Shown piece after piece: positions 10,322 to 21,900 of a stretch of DNA of 64,000 nt. The stretch lies in NCBI GenBank assembly GCA_040767085.1, contig JAXGPF010000006.1:160001-224000 (forward strand), in the 5' to 3' direction. The stretch comes from Kiritimatiellia bacterium. GTDB lineage: Bacteria; Verrucomicrobiota; Kiritimatiellia; JAAZAB01. Under the pieces are notes generated by a model. The model was not told the origin of the DNA. It did not search any database and saw nothing but the letters and a program-made list of their open reading frames with translations. The position numbers and the translations under genes were made by a program. Each line of letters starts with the position of its first letter. Position 1 is the stretch's first letter.

Positions 10322-12246
10322 GGTTTCTCCAAATAGCCATACTGGCTGGTTGCATACATATGCTTGTCCAAGGCGGCCGCATCCCTCTGGAGCGCGGACC
10401 AGGCATGCGGGAACAGGCTTTCGTTCCGGTAAAAACGGATGACATTCATCCGCCATCCGCCGGCCGGCGGCCGGCCGGCAGCCATGCACGCCAATGGAAT
10501 TTCCGCCGTCCCCCGCCACATCCCATCCGCTGCGCCGGTTGCCACGCGCCAGTCGGTTTCATAAATCCATGCGTCATCCGCATGCCGGCCCGGACCGAAC
10601 CGCAGGATGCGCCCGGCCTTGACTCCCCTGGCCGTGAATGCAAACTGATAAACCGTCTGCAGGTCATTTTCCGGACACAACATGACCGCCACGCTGTCAT
10701 CCAGCCGGGCGAAATGCTTTGACCAGCGCTGGTATTCCAGCAACTCGGTCCCGACGCGGATGCCGGTCTTGATGGCGGCCGGGTCGCGCTCGGCGCAAAG
10801 CACGGTGATATAAAGCCGATCGCGGATCAGCACGGCCTTGACGGCGGTCTCGGCGATGGCCGGGCGATTGCCGATGGTCAGGAAGCCGGCGGAATATTCG
10901 CCGGTATTCCATTGACCAGCGGCCTTTTCCAAGCTATCGGCATCCGGCCCGGCCGGAGCGATCCGGCATACCGGCCGGCCGTCGCGCTCGGCGCGCCCGC
11001 GACGGATCGCATCGGGCAGCCGGGCGAAATGCTGCGCGGCTTTTTCGCACTGAAATTTCCAGAGCATGCTGAAAGGCTCGTCGGTCAAGGCCAGGTAGCG
11101 TCCGCGTTCATCCGGCGCGTTTTCGGCTTTGGCCAGCGTGGCGTGCATGTGGTTTTGGTCGGCTGCGGGCAGCACGGCCAGCACATCCGGGTGCTTGAGC
11201 AAATGGCGCACCCTGGCAATCACGCCGGGCGCATCCCGATAGGCGTCCAGGAATCCCACGCCGGCATATTGGCCGCGGGCATACGCCCAGGCCGCCGGGG
11301 GCGCGCCCTGGTAGGTAAACGAAACGTGGTCCAGCGCCAACCGGTCGAAGGCCAGTTGGACCATCTCCGCCGCCGGCAGTTTTTGATAAAAGTCCAGGCC
11401 GAGCGTCCGCAGCAGATTGAGCGCCACCAGGCCGGCCATGGCGTTTTCCGCCGGCTTCAAATCACCCGGCACCACGCCGCAGCTGCCGATACCTTCCGGA
11501 TCGTAAGCGCGGCAGGTCGGACACAACATGCAATATTCCGGCACCAGCATGACCGGCATATCCGGCCGGCGGCGCATGGCCACGCCCACCTCGTACATGC
11601 AGTCGCCTTCAAAGACTTCGCCGCGCAGCATTTCGGCGCAGCGCCCGTAATAAGCGATTACAAACAGCAGATGCTGGGGAAACAAGCGCAGGCAATCGGC
11701 GGAATATATCCGCGCGGCGAACTCGCGGCGGATTCCGGCCAGTTCGGCGGCGGTGCGGCCGGCATTGTGGGCGGGCAGCAACCGCGCCAGCCAGTCCCGC
11801 ACCCGCGCGCGCCCGCGCGCATAATCGCCGTCCGTCACGCCGGGCATGCCGCCCCAGGCCGGCCCGCGCGGCGCATGCACGCAGACGCCTTCGATGGACG
11901 GCAGCTTGGATATCAGCAACTGCAGCGCGGCGTAGCCGGTAATCACCGGTTCGACGACGAACCGCGCTTCTGATTGCTTGCGGAACATGCGGTACAGAAT
12001 TTCCATATCCCACAACATGGTTTGTGCCACGCCCTGCGGCGCATCATCGTCGCAACCGCTGTATTGGACGCCCGCATAACCCCGGAAGCGCAAGCGCCGC
12101 CGTGGATTGTCCCGGATGGCCTGGAGTATGGCCGTTAAACGCTGATCACCCAGGTCTTCCCAATCACGGCCCGCGCCCAGCCGCGCGATCAAGGCCACCA
12201 GTTCATGCGGCCGGACGATTAATGTATTGTCGGATTGATGCATCAT
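10318..12246 (-). CDS. Cys-containing DUF1284-like domain(s) fused to a C-terminal CBM9-like domain
   Basis: LIVRPHELV and LRLFPQHLL...VMLVPEYCMLCPTC resemble the DUF1284 pattern. The C-terminal DDSVAVML...WRGTAEIPL...WRMNVIR is CBM9-like. Confidence 0.6.
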   Translation of the reverse strand: MMHQSDNTLIVRPHELVALIARLGAGRDWEDLGDQRLTAILQAIRDNPRRRLRFRGYAGVQYSGCDDDAPQGVAQTMLWDMEILYRMFRKQSEARFVVEPVITGYAALQLLISKLPSIEGVCVHAPRGPAWGGMPGVTDGDYARGRARVRDWLARLLPAHNAGRTAAELAGIRREFAARIYSADCLRLFPQHLLFVIAYYGRCAEMLRGEVFEGDCMYEVGVAMRRRPDMPVMLVPEYCMLCPTCRAYDPEGIGSCGVVPGDLKPAENAMAGLVALNLLRTLGLDFYQKLPAAEMVQLAFDRLALDHVSFTYQGAPPAAWAYARGQYAGVGFLDAYRDAPGVIARVRHLLKHPDVLAVLPAADQNHMHATLAKAENAPDERGRYLALTDEPFSMLWKFQCEKAAQHFARLPDAIRRGRAERDGRPVCRIAPAGPDADSLEKAAGQWNTGEYSAGFLTIGNRPAIAETAVKAVLIRDRLYITVLCAERDPAAIKTGIRVGTELLEYQRWSKHFARLDDSVAVMLCPENDLQTVYQFAFTARGVKAGRILRFGPGRHADDAWIYETDWRVATGAADGMWRGTAEIPLACMAAGRPPAGGWRMNVIRFYRNESLFPHAWSALQRDAAALDKHMYATSQYGYLEKP

Positions 12247-12272
12247 TCACGCCCTTAAGTTTGCCAGGCCCA

Positions 12273-15200
12273 TCATTCCTCAAATGCCGTCGGGGCATCC
12301 CCGCACTCCAGCTGGACGGCATCCACCCAGAGCGCCGCGTCCCGCGGCGCGCTCAGGCGGATGGTATTATACATGTCCAGCCGCCCGGAGGTCGGCGCCG
12401 CCGCCAGCGGCGCGGAATACCTGGCCCACGCGGCGGTCAGCTTGAATTTTCGCGGTTCGCCCAGCGCGCCCGGAGTGAATTCGACTTCCGCGCCGTCCCG
12501 GTCGGCGCGCATGTAAGCCGAAAAACACATCGCCTGCGGCTTATTAACGCCGGGGGCGATGTAACATTCCAAAAAGCCGCGCCCGGCCAGCCGCATGCTG
12601 ACCTTGCCATGCCATGGGTTGTCTTCGTCCAACCCCCACAAAGCGCCGGGCTGGCCGATGCGGGGCCCGGGGATGTAAGTCGGCCGGTAATAATCGGGCA
12701 GACCGGGCAGCGCGGCCTGCTCGAAACTGGGGTTGGGCAGGATGTTTTTCCGGCCCGGCCGTCCGGAACGCGGTATGGCCGCGGCGGTGTATTCCGGCGC
12801 CGCTTGATCCGGATGGCCGGCCATGGACAAAGTCAATTTGATCATGCCGGCCGCGTCGTGCTCCCTGCTGATTTTATACGCGCGCACCCCGTAAGCTTCA
12901 AACCGATCCTGAAAGCTGCCGTTTAACGCGGGGTATTTTTTGCCATTGCCCGGGGCGAACATCCGGCTGACCGCGCCAGCCGCATCCAGTATGGGCGCGG
13001 CAAATTCCACGTCTACCGGGTAAGGCCGGCAATTGGCGGCCAGCAGGATCAACCCGCCGCCGGGATCGGCCAGCAGTTTCGCGTGAATATCGGGATATTT
13101 TTTATTGGCGTAATCTATGACCCCCGGATGGTATTGAATCTCCTGCGGCACTTCCGGCGCAACGGCTGCCGGGCCGAGTGTCTGCATCTGCCGGGCTAAT
13201 TCGGCCAGCGATGCGAACGAACTCTGGTGCGTGAAAGGATAACAGAAATACAACAACCCCTTGGCGCCGTGAATCAGCAGCAGGTAAGTCTGGCAGAATT
13301 GTTCCGCCGGCGTCAGATAGCGTTGGTGCATACCGCTCCAGCGCTCGCCCACCGGCACATGCACCACCGGCTTGCGGCCGGTGCGGGCACGCTGTTCGAA
13401 CATGTAATGCATGTTAACTACATGCAGCGGGCTGCCGCCTTCGCCGGGATGACCCGGAATCCAGTAGGGGTCCGGGCCGATCGTGTCGCAGAAATCGAAT
13501 TCCTCCGCCCCGGCCAGCGCGTGCATCGGGTGGTAGCCGTCTTCCGCCTGAACCCGGTTGTACAAATCCAAGCCCTGCACCCACTGGTTGAAATACCGCG
13601 CGCCAAACGCTTCATCGAAATTATTGTAAGCCAGCAGATTGCCGCAATCCCGGATGGCGCGGACGCCCGCGATCATTTCCGGGAGCGCATTTTCGTAAGC
13701 GGCGGCGAAGACCGCTGACTTTTCCGCCGGTGTAAAATCGCGCAAGGCGCGTTTGTCATCCGGGCGGGTATTGATGAAATCCTTGATATAATATTGATAG
13801 GGCGGCCCGCCGCCCTGGATCAAGGCCACCTTGATCCGGGTCAGCGGTACCTGCCGGCAGAAATTTTCCACCGGCACCCACATCAACAGGTTGGATTCAC
13901 GCGCCAGTTCCATGTAGCGCAAGCCATCTTCCGGCTTTATCTTGCGCCACCACATCAGGGTGTTGTGCCCGGCCGCGGCGGCTTCGAGCATGTCCGCCCG
14001 GTTGGTGCTGCCAAAAACCAGGCCGAACGGGAAAAACGGCCGGCCATTGCGCAAGATCACCCGGTGGACATAATCGATCTTTACTTCGCACCCCGGCTTG
14101 GGCGCACGGCATACCGCTTTCAGGTTTTTTTCGAACAAAATTCCGCCATCCGCGCGGCTGATTTCCACCCGCAAGTCATGCGCGCCATCCGGCAGCCGCG
14201 CGCGTTGCGCGCCCAATCGCATCCGGGGCGCCACGGAGTCCGACTTTGCCAGCGTCTTCCCGGCGCCGTCTTTCAATTGCGCTCGCAAGTCGCGCAGCGC
14301 CTCAGCCGGCAATCCAATCTCACAGATCACCGTGACTTCATCTTCATCCGTGAAATAACTGCGGGCAGGATATACTGACAGCAATGTCAGCGCCGAAGTA
14401 TCGTCCGCCATATCCCGCGCCCAAACTTCACCCGTGGCCGGATCTTCCAGCAGCACCTCCACCGACCGGCTGGCCGGGTTGGACACCGGCACGTCAATGG
14501 CCACCCCGGTTTGCGCCATCGGCGCAAGGCCCACCCGCCGCTCAACCCGGTTGACTGCGCCGGACTTGGGCCGGTCCAGCACCGCCACCAGCACGGCGCC
14601 GCTGACCATGCTGTGATTGGAAACATCCACCGCCACCGGGTAATGGAACCGGCCGTCACCCGCCGCATACGCGCCCACCGCCGGGCGGCCAGCCAGGGCC
14701 GGCAGAAATGCCGGCTGCACCGCCATGCCCGCCAAATCCGGCAGCGCCAGGGAGCCAAACCGGCCCGGTTCGTGGAAGCCGGCCGCCAGCGGTCTCCAGG
14801 TTAGCCATTCGCGCCGCAGGTCAACCTGGATGCCCTGGGGATCTATCACCGGCTCCAGGACGTTCAGACACACATTCATCCGCACCCGGTCCGGGGCGCC
14901 GTACGAAACCAGCAGGGACAGGGGGACCGCCCACTCCGCCGTCCAGCCGGCAGCGTCAACACGGGTGGCGGAGCGCCATGGCCCATTCCACGCTCGGTCG
15001 CGCAGGCCGCCGCGATCGGCGCGCTGCTCGGCTTTGACATTGGCGGCGCTGAGGATGTAATGAAAATACAATTCCCCGTTGGCGCCGGGATCTATGAAAA
15101 ACTCCAGGGAATCGTCATGGGACAGGTCGCCGTCATGCTCGCGGCAAGCGAGCGTCAGGCGCGACGGATCCGGATGCCGGATCTCCGCCGCGAAATACAG

Positions 15201-15431
15201 CCAGGCGCCGTCATGCGCCGTCCAGACACGATGCGCCCGCTTGACCCCGGGCGCTTTCAGCGAAACAAATTCCGCGATCGCCGGCGCGCCGGACCAGCAA
15301 GCATCGTCCAGGCGGCCATCCAGGATGGGCGCATCCGACACGGCGCGGGCGCTGATGCCATCCGCCGCTGATATGTTGCCCGCGGCAAATAAACCGCAGA
15401 AAAATGCCAATATGTATTTTTTATCAGCCAT
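12273..15431 (-). CDS. Large secreted CBM9-like + putative glycoside hydrolase + CBM-like protein (paralogue 3 of 4)
   Basis: Signal peptide; motifs DDSLEFFIDP, YNNFDEA, DPYW, NPSFEQ, DAVQLECG. Confidence 0.82.
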   Translation of the reverse strand: MADKKYILAFFCGLFAAGNISAADGISARAVSDAPILDGRLDDACWSGAPAIAEFVSLKAPGVKRAHRVWTAHDGAWLYFAAEIRHPDPSRLTLACREHDGDLSHDDSLEFFIDPGANGELYFHYILSAANVKAEQRADRGGLRDRAWNGPWRSATRVDAAGWTAEWAVPLSLLVSYGAPDRVRMNVCLNVLEPVIDPQGIQVDLRREWLTWRPLAAGFHEPGRFGSLALPDLAGMAVQPAFLPALAGRPAVGAYAAGDGRFHYPVAVDVSNHSMVSGAVLVAVLDRPKSGAVNRVERRVGLAPMAQTGVAIDVPVSNPASRSVEVLLEDPATGEVWARDMADDTSALTLLSVYPARSYFTDEDEVTVICEIGLPAEALRDLRAQLKDGAGKTLAKSDSVAPRMRLGAQRARLPDGAHDLRVEISRADGGILFEKNLKAVCRAPKPGCEVKIDYVHRVILRNGRPFFPFGLVFGSTNRADMLEAAAAGHNTLMWWRKIKPEDGLRYMELARESNLLMWVPVENFCRQVPLTRIKVALIQGGGPPYQYYIKDFINTRPDDKRALRDFTPAEKSAVFAAAYENALPEMIAGVRAIRDCGNLLAYNNFDEAFGARYFNQWVQGLDLYNRVQAEDGYHPMHALAGAEEFDFCDTIGPDPYWIPGHPGEGGSPLHVVNMHYMFEQRARTGRKPVVHVPVGERWSGMHQRYLTPAEQFCQTYLLLIHGAKGLLYFCYPFTHQSSFASLAELARQMQTLGPAAVAPEVPQEIQYHPGVIDYANKKYPDIHAKLLADPGGGLILLAANCRPYPVDVEFAAPILDAAGAVSRMFAPGNGKKYPALNGSFQDRFEAYGVRAYKISREHDAAGMIKLTLSMAGHPDQAAPEYTAAAIPRSGRPGRKNILPNPSFEQAALPGLPDYYRPTYIPGPRIGQPGALWGLDEDNPWHGKVSMRLAGRGFLECYIAPGVNKPQAMCFSAYMRADRDGAEVEFTPGALGEPRKFKLTAAWARYSAPLAAAPTSGRLDMYNTIRLSAPRDAALWVDAVQLECGDAPTAFEE

Positions 15432-15462
15432 TGATATCTCAGTCTTTCACCGCAAGCGATAA

Positions 15463-15623
15463 GAGCTAAATTCAAAAGTCTTGGCCGGCGTGGCTGTGCC
15501 CGCCATAGTTCGCCGCGGCGAACGACGGCTGGGAAACCGGCCCTCCCAGAACACAAAAGCCACTGGTTTCTGGAGGGTTGGGTTACACCCCAACCGTTCT
15601 GTGCGGACTTTTGAAATCAGCTC
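15463..15623. mobile_element. 161-bp MITE-like element with 18-bp terminal inverted repeats
   Basis: Left end GAGCTAAATTCAAAAGTC; reverse complement of the right end GAGCTGATTTCAAAAGTC (16/18 match). Contains internal hairpins. No ORF and no obvious target-site duplication. Confidence 0.55.
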
Positions 15624-15625
15624 GG

Positions 15626-17628
15626 TTAATGAATCCCGAACAACGTTCCCCGGGGCACATATTCGTAGCAGCCCATGTCCGCGATGCGGGTCATCCGGTC
15701 CAGGCGCGCCCGGCCGTCCAGGTCAACCCCCTGCGCCATCCAGGATTCATTCGTCCCGGCATTGATGCAGGGCGAACCGGTCGTCAGCCGGTAATCGCCG
15801 CCGGCAAAATCGGCGAATTCCGGCGGCGCGGCGGTGTTGTGCTGGTTGGCGGTGGACAGATCGCGCGATGTGCAGCAGTAATGGAACGAATTGGTCGAGG
15901 CGGTCGGGTTATGGTATGATATCCCGACATCATTGTTAACCGCCGAGTCCGCCAGGTTGGAATAGATTATGGTGTTGACGATCAAGTTGGTGCTTAACAC
16001 GAACATGCCGCCGCCGGCGGTGACGGCGGTATTGCCCGCCAGCGTACAGTTTTCCACCAGGCCGGTGTAAGTCGCGGTGTTGTAAAGGTAAATCCCTCCG
16101 CCAGCGCCGCCAGAACTGTTGCCGGCAAACAGGCAGTTCCGCATGAATCCGCCTTCGGCATAAATCCCGCCGCCGTTACCAAAGGCAACATTGCCGATAA
16201 ACCGGCTGTTTTTGACAAAGGTGTTGGACGCATTGGTTGAATTCAAATACATCAAAAAGGCGCCGGCGCCTTCCCTAAGCGTATTGGTATTATTCAGAAA
16301 CAAACACCGGTCAATGTTCAGCGCTTTGAAGCCTGTCCGGGCTTGCAGCCCGGCGCCGGGGCTCAGGCTGATGTTGCCCTCGACGTACAATCGGACATGG
16401 CCAGTTCCGCATTTTCATTGTACATGGTTATACCGCCGCCGCCGGGCGTTCCGCTGCCGGAAAAACCATTGGTCGTCTGCGTGTTGAAGGCGATGGACGC
16501 GCCTTCGATCTGCGTCAATCCCAAGGCAACGAAAACTCCGCCTCCCTCCTTGCCGGTGTTCCAGCAGATTTCGCCACCCCGGACCTCGGCCCCGGAAGTT
16601 CGAATCCCGCCGCCAAATCTAGCAAGGTTGTTGGAAATGACGCACCCGTGTAGGCGGGCAACATACTGGGTTTCGTTGTTGACATATACACCGCCGCCAC
16701 CGCCTAAGTCAGGCACGGTATTGCCGTAAATCAGGCAATTGGTCAGCAAGGCCGAGGAGTTCGCGACCGCGACGACGCCGCCGTTGGTGGCGGAATTGCC
16801 ATAAATCCGGCAATCATTCACAACCGCGTCCGCAGTGCTTTGATAAACATAAATGCCGCCGCCCAGGCCGGCCGTGACGGAATTGGTCAGATCGTTGCCA
16901 GCCACATCACAATTGGAAACCACCGGGGCGCCATAATAAAAAATGATTCCGCCGCCGTTCTTGCCGGCGCGGTTGTCAACTACCGCGGCATTTTCCAGCC
17001 GGCCGGTGCCGGACATGTAAACCCCGCCGCCACCATGCGTCGCCGTAGTGCCGTAGGAGGCGTTATTGCTGATGACGCCGCCCGTCAGCAGACTGTCCCC
17101 GATCACGCTCGCCCCGCCACCACCATAGTAGGCAAAATTGGCGCTGATCCAGCAATTGCTGGCCACCGCGTCGCCCAGCAATCCCACGCCCGCGCCCCAG
17201 TCGCCGTTGCAGTTGACCACCCGGCAATTGGCCAGCAGGCCGTTGGTCATGTAAACGCCGCCGCCGTAATCGCCGGACGTGGCATAACCGTTGGAAATGG
17301 TGAATCCATCCACCACGGCTTCGGGATGAAAGATGCGCACGCGGTAATTGCCCGCGCCGTTGATGACCGCCGCATGCTGCACATGGCTGGTAAACACCAA
17401 ATCGCGGTTGATAGTCAGCACCGCCGCCAGATCATACGTGCCGTTGGAGACGACAACCGTGCTGCCATCCGGCGCCTGCGCCGCGGCATTACTCAAGGTG
17501 GCCCAGGCCGCATCCCAACTGAAGCCGGATTTGTCATCGTCGCCGCCGGGCGCCACGTAATAAGGCGCGGCACCCAGTGCGCCGGCCAGCAGACTGCAAA
17601 CGATCGCCGCCATGACTTTGTTTTGCAT
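15626..17628 (-). pseudogene. Frameshifted secreted beta-helix protein with choice-of-anchor-Q-like C-terminus
   Basis: Split into ORFs 16363-17667 and 15626-16390. The junction GAT TGT AC GTC GAG GGC AAC lacks one base of the expected ...SDCTVEGN. The joined product (~667 aa) is co-linear with 22451-24349. Confidence 0.8.
15797..15892. repeat. 96-bp exact repeat (copy 1; copy 2 at 22622-22717)
   Basis: Direct base-by-base comparison. A further 47-bp identical block lies at 15729-15775 / 22554-22600. Confidence 0.92.
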
Positions 17629-17663
17629 TGCTGATACCTCCTGATTAGATATAAAATTTCCGG

Positions 17664-18956
17664 TCACGGCAATGTAATCCGGATGGTTTGCCAGCTTTCA
17701 TCGGCGCGGATGCCGCCGGCCTTGGCCGTGCCGCCTTGCGATGACACGGCTTCTATGATATATGAATAATGTTCCGGCGCAAGGTTCATTTTCCAGGTAT
17801 ATTCGGTTAAGAGAATCGCCCGCGGATCGTCCCGCCCCGGCGTGCACCCGCGATCATCGGCGGTCTGCCGCCAGTTCATGACCATCTCCGGCAGCCCCTG
17901 CTCGCAACGGACGGTCACCCGCGCCCCGGCCGCCGGCTGCCCGTCGGCATGGACCACTTCGACGACGGCATGGCGCCGGGATTGCACCAGGCCCTGGTTC
18001 GGCGGCGTGCGCGATGCCTTCAGGATATCCTCCAATTGCGGCCGGCCCACGGTGCAATCAACCAGGGTGACGCCTTTGTCCGTGGTGCGCAGATGCCAGT
18101 TGCGCCGGTTGTTTTCGAAAACACAATCAACAAAAGTGGCGTCCACGCACCCATAATCCATGACGACGGTTTCAAAATCCCGGAAAGCGCAGCCGGTCAG
18201 CGTATGCGGCCCGTTTTCCAGCCCCCACTGCCCGTGTTCGAACACGCTGTTGCGGATCAGGTAGGCGCCGCGCGCGCCGCGCACCCGGCCCGGGTCCTGC
18301 GCCCCGTGCAGCATGCGCTGCCCCCAGGCCAGATGGGCGCCATCCAAAACCAGCCCGTTGCCCATGAAGGCCGATTGCCAGGCCTGGTTGGTCCCCGGCC
18401 GGCAGGCGCCGATGGAACTGTTATAGACATGCAACTGCCCGCCAGTCTGCCGCCCTGCCCGGGCGATGGCCGCGGGCATGCGCCCGGTGAACAAGCCGAA
18501 TTCGCCCGGTTGGGAGTTGTCGAATTTCAAGGCGGCGCGCACGACGGGATTGTCCGGGTCGCCCAGGCGCAAACGATTGACCGGGATCGGCGCGCGCCAG
18601 TACACGCCCTCGTTCTCGCCTTCCACGTGCGACGGCATGACGAACAGGTCGCCGCGCATGACCAGAATTTCCCCGGGCTGCGCCGCGGTCCCGATTTGCA
18701 GGTAAGTCGCCGTGCCGTTGTTGGCGCCGACCAGTAAATGGCAGTTGATGGTATAAACATCCGCGGCGGCATCATGGCTGACCTTGCCCCAGCCGTTCAT
18801 GGCGTCGCATGCCCGGATCTGCCGCAGGGTGCAGGGGTAGCTTCCTGGGAAATCCGTCACCCAGACGGCGTTCAACGCCGCATCGTACCCGATTCCCGCC
18901 CGGGCCATGGCCGCCATTGCCAGGGCAATGATCAGGATGTTAGCCAGCTTTAACAT
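17664..18956 (-). CDS. Secreted ~430-aa beta-helix-like protein of unknown family (paralogue 2 of 3)
   Basis: Signal peptide; PCTLRQ...GWGKV...GANNGTATYLQIG; CVFENNRRNW. Confidence 0.82.
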   Translation of the reverse strand: MLKLANILIIALAMAAMARAGIGYDAALNAVWVTDFPGSYPCTLRQIRACDAMNGWGKVSHDAAADVYTINCHLLVGANNGTATYLQIGTAAQPGEILVMRGDLFVMPSHVEGENEGVYWRAPIPVNRLRLGDPDNPVVRAALKFDNSQPGEFGLFTGRMPAAIARAGRQTGGQLHVYNSSIGACRPGTNQAWQSAFMGNGLVLDGAHLAWGQRMLHGAQDPGRVRGARGAYLIRNSVFEHGQWGLENGPHTLTGCAFRDFETVVMDYGCVDATFVDCVFENNRRNWHLRTTDKGVTLVDCTVGRPQLEDILKASRTPPNQGLVQSRRHAVVEVVHADGQPAAGARVTVRCEQGLPEMVMNWRQTADDRGCTPGRDDPRAILLTEYTWKMNLAPEHYSYIIEAVSSQGGTAKAGGIRADESWQTIRITLP

Positions 18957-18962
18957 CGGGCA

Positions 18963-21900
18963 TTATTCCTCGAATGCGCCGGGCTCCAGCCCGGTTTCGA
19001 ACTGCAGGCCGTCAATCCAGACCGCGCCTTCGCCCTTGACCTCCAGGCCGAACCAGTTGTAGGGATCCACCCCGGCCGGCACCAGGTCGCTTTCGGCATA
19101 GCGCTGCCAGTCGGTCGTCAGCCGGAAAGTTTCGCGGCCGAAATATTTGGCGGCGGTGCCGGCGTCGCCGCGGAAGATGAACTGCGCTTCGACCCCTGCG
19201 CGCTCCGCGCGCATGTATACCGACGCCGCGCAATGCGTCGGCCGGTCGAATTTCGGACCCAGGTAGCAGATGCAGCGGGAGCCCGAGACGAATGGCTCCG
19301 GCGAAGCCTCCAGGCGCAGGCTGGCCTTGCCATGCCAGGCTTGCGCGGCATCCAGCCCGAACGCCGCGTCGGCGCGGCTGAAAAACGGCCGGGCGGGAGT
19401 ATGCGCGCGCTGGTAAAGCGACGAGGGGAAAACCCGGAAATAATCGGGCCACCCCGGCAAGCTGGCCTCCTCGAAGCTCGGATTGGGAACCAGGTTGCGC
19501 TTGCCGATGCGGCCGGTGCGCGGGTGCTCGATTTCCTCGCCCTGGCCCAGTTCCGGATGAGGCGTCATGCTGACCGATATTTGTATTTTGGCCGCGGCGG
19601 GCCCGCCGGTCACCGCGTCCGGCGGCCCCAGCGTGTAAGCTCGCACACCGTACGGCTCCAGCCGGTCGCGGAAGGCGCCATCCTGAACCGGGTAACGGTC
19701 GGCGGCAAACAGCCGGCCCACCATGCCGGTCGGCCCGAGCGTGCCGACGCCGAAAGTGACATCCACGGGATACCACTTGGCGTTGGCGGCCAGCAGCACC
19801 TGCCCGCCGTCCGGATTGGGCTTCAGCGCGACGTGAACATCGGGCATGACATTGTTGGCCGGGTCCATGCTACCCGGCTCATATTTGACCGTCTGCGGCA
19901 CATCCGCCAGGCCGGCGATCGGCCCGAGAATTTCCATCTGCCGGCTCAAGGCCCCCATGGTTTGCAGCGACAGCGGATGCTGGAAGGGATGGACAAAGTA
20001 AAAGAATCCTTTCACCCCGTGAATCAGCAGCAGGTAAGTCTGGCAAAAATTCTCCGCCGGCAGCATGGCGCGCTTGTGACAGCCGCTGAAATATTCGCCC
20101 ATCGGCACCATCCAGACCGGCCGCCGCAGCCGCGCGGCGTCCGCGACATAATTGCGCAGGCGCGTGCCGTCATAAAAACAATAGGTCCGGTGCACCGCCG
20201 CGGCCGGGGAATTGGCGCGGGGATCGCTGCCGGCGGGAATCCAGTAGGGATCGGCGCCGATGATGTCGCAATGGTTGTCATACGGGCCGCAGTTGAAAAA
20301 TACCGGCCGGTAGCCGTCCAGTTCCTGCGTCAGCGCGTAATAATCCGCCGCGGCTTTTTCCACCACGGCGTTCACCGGCGGCTCGTCGATGTTCATGTAC
20401 CCGATCAGCCGGGGATTGTCCCGGATTTTTTCCAGCGCCGCGCGCGTCGTCTGGAATTTTTTGGCATAGGCCGCGTCATAGGTCGGGTATGACTCCGGGA
20501 AGCGGCCGGGCGGCGAATCCGGCCGGAGGTATTTCAGCCGGTACCGATTGACGGAGCCTTCCGCCGGGGTATGCGTTTCCAGGCAATCCAGCCACTGCAT
20601 GTCGTATTTTTCCAGCCACGCCTGCATCCGGTCCAGGGTGATCAGGTTCGGGTAGCCGGGATAATCCCTGTCCAGTACATAGCCCCAGGAAAGGATGGTC
20701 TTGATCCCCGCGTCGGACAGTTGCTTGAAATATTCCTCGGTGCTGACCTCGGCTATGACGCCGAATGGCACAAACGGCCGGCCGTCGCGCAAAACCACCT
20801 GGTTGATCCGGTCAAGCTTGTATTCCCGGCCCGGCCGCGGCGCGCGCTTGATGATTTCCACCGGGCACGTGAAAACCGGCCGGCCATCCCGGGCGCAGGC
20901 TTCAACGGCCAGCGTATGCCGCCCGAGCGCCAGCGGCGCCAGCGGAATCCGCAAATGCGTATCGGCGCCCGCCATGGGGTGCCGCGCCAGTTCCGCCCCC
21001 TGGGCGTCGCGCGCCCGGAGCGTCATCCGGGACAATTCCGACTCCGGCAGTCCGGCCCGGCAAATAATCACCGCTTCTGGCTCCGCGGTGTAGTAATTGC
21101 GGTCCGCATAGGCGGTCAGGAGCACCAGCGCCGATGTGTCCGGCACCGGCGCCGACAGCCAGACCTCGCCGGTGGCCGGGTCTTCCAGGCGCACGGTGAT
21201 CTTACGCTCTTCCAGGTCGGCCGCCGCCACGCGCAAATCCAGTTCGCGCTGTTCATGCCCTTTTAACCGCACCTCAAACCGCTGTTCGGATTTTTTCCCG
21301 GACAACAATTCCTCGGCGGCCACCAGGACGGCGGCGCCCGGCTGGCGCGAGTGGTTGCGGAGGCGCAGGCGCAGCGGGTAAGCAAAAGTCCCGTCGGCCG
21401 CGGTTTCATAACCGGCCACCGTAACCTGGCGGAAGTCCGGCAGGAACGGCGTCTGGATATTGCGCGGCGCGAATTCACGCGCATAGCCGAACCGTTCCGG
21501 CTCGTGGAAGCTCGAGATCACCGGCGCCCACAGCAGGTAGGCGCGGTTGGCGCCGATGCGCATGCCGTACGGGTCAATGACCGGGTCAACCACCGTCACC
21601 CCGAAATTCATCCGTAAATCGGACGACGGCCCATAATCCGCGACCGCCTCCAGCGGCAGCGCCATTTCCGCATTCCAGCCGCGCGTCGTGCGCCGGGTGG
21701 CCGAACGCCAGGGCATGTCCCAGCCGTGTTCGCGTTCGACGCCGTGCGGCGTCACGGTAACGCGGCGTTCGGCGCGCGTGTTGGCCGCCGAAAGCATGTA
21801 TTGCAGGTACATCCGCCCCGCCGTGCCGGGATCAATGAACACCTCCACGTCGTCATCCTGCGACACGCCCCCATCGGGTTCGAAAACCGTCGGCTGGATA

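Noticed and set aside
10322-10519. N-terminal extensions in the ORF track (also 26744-26899, 44463-45095, 47680-48141, 54368-54625)
   Set aside because: They overlap neighbouring genes or promoters; downstream starts have an RBS, translational coupling or signal peptide.
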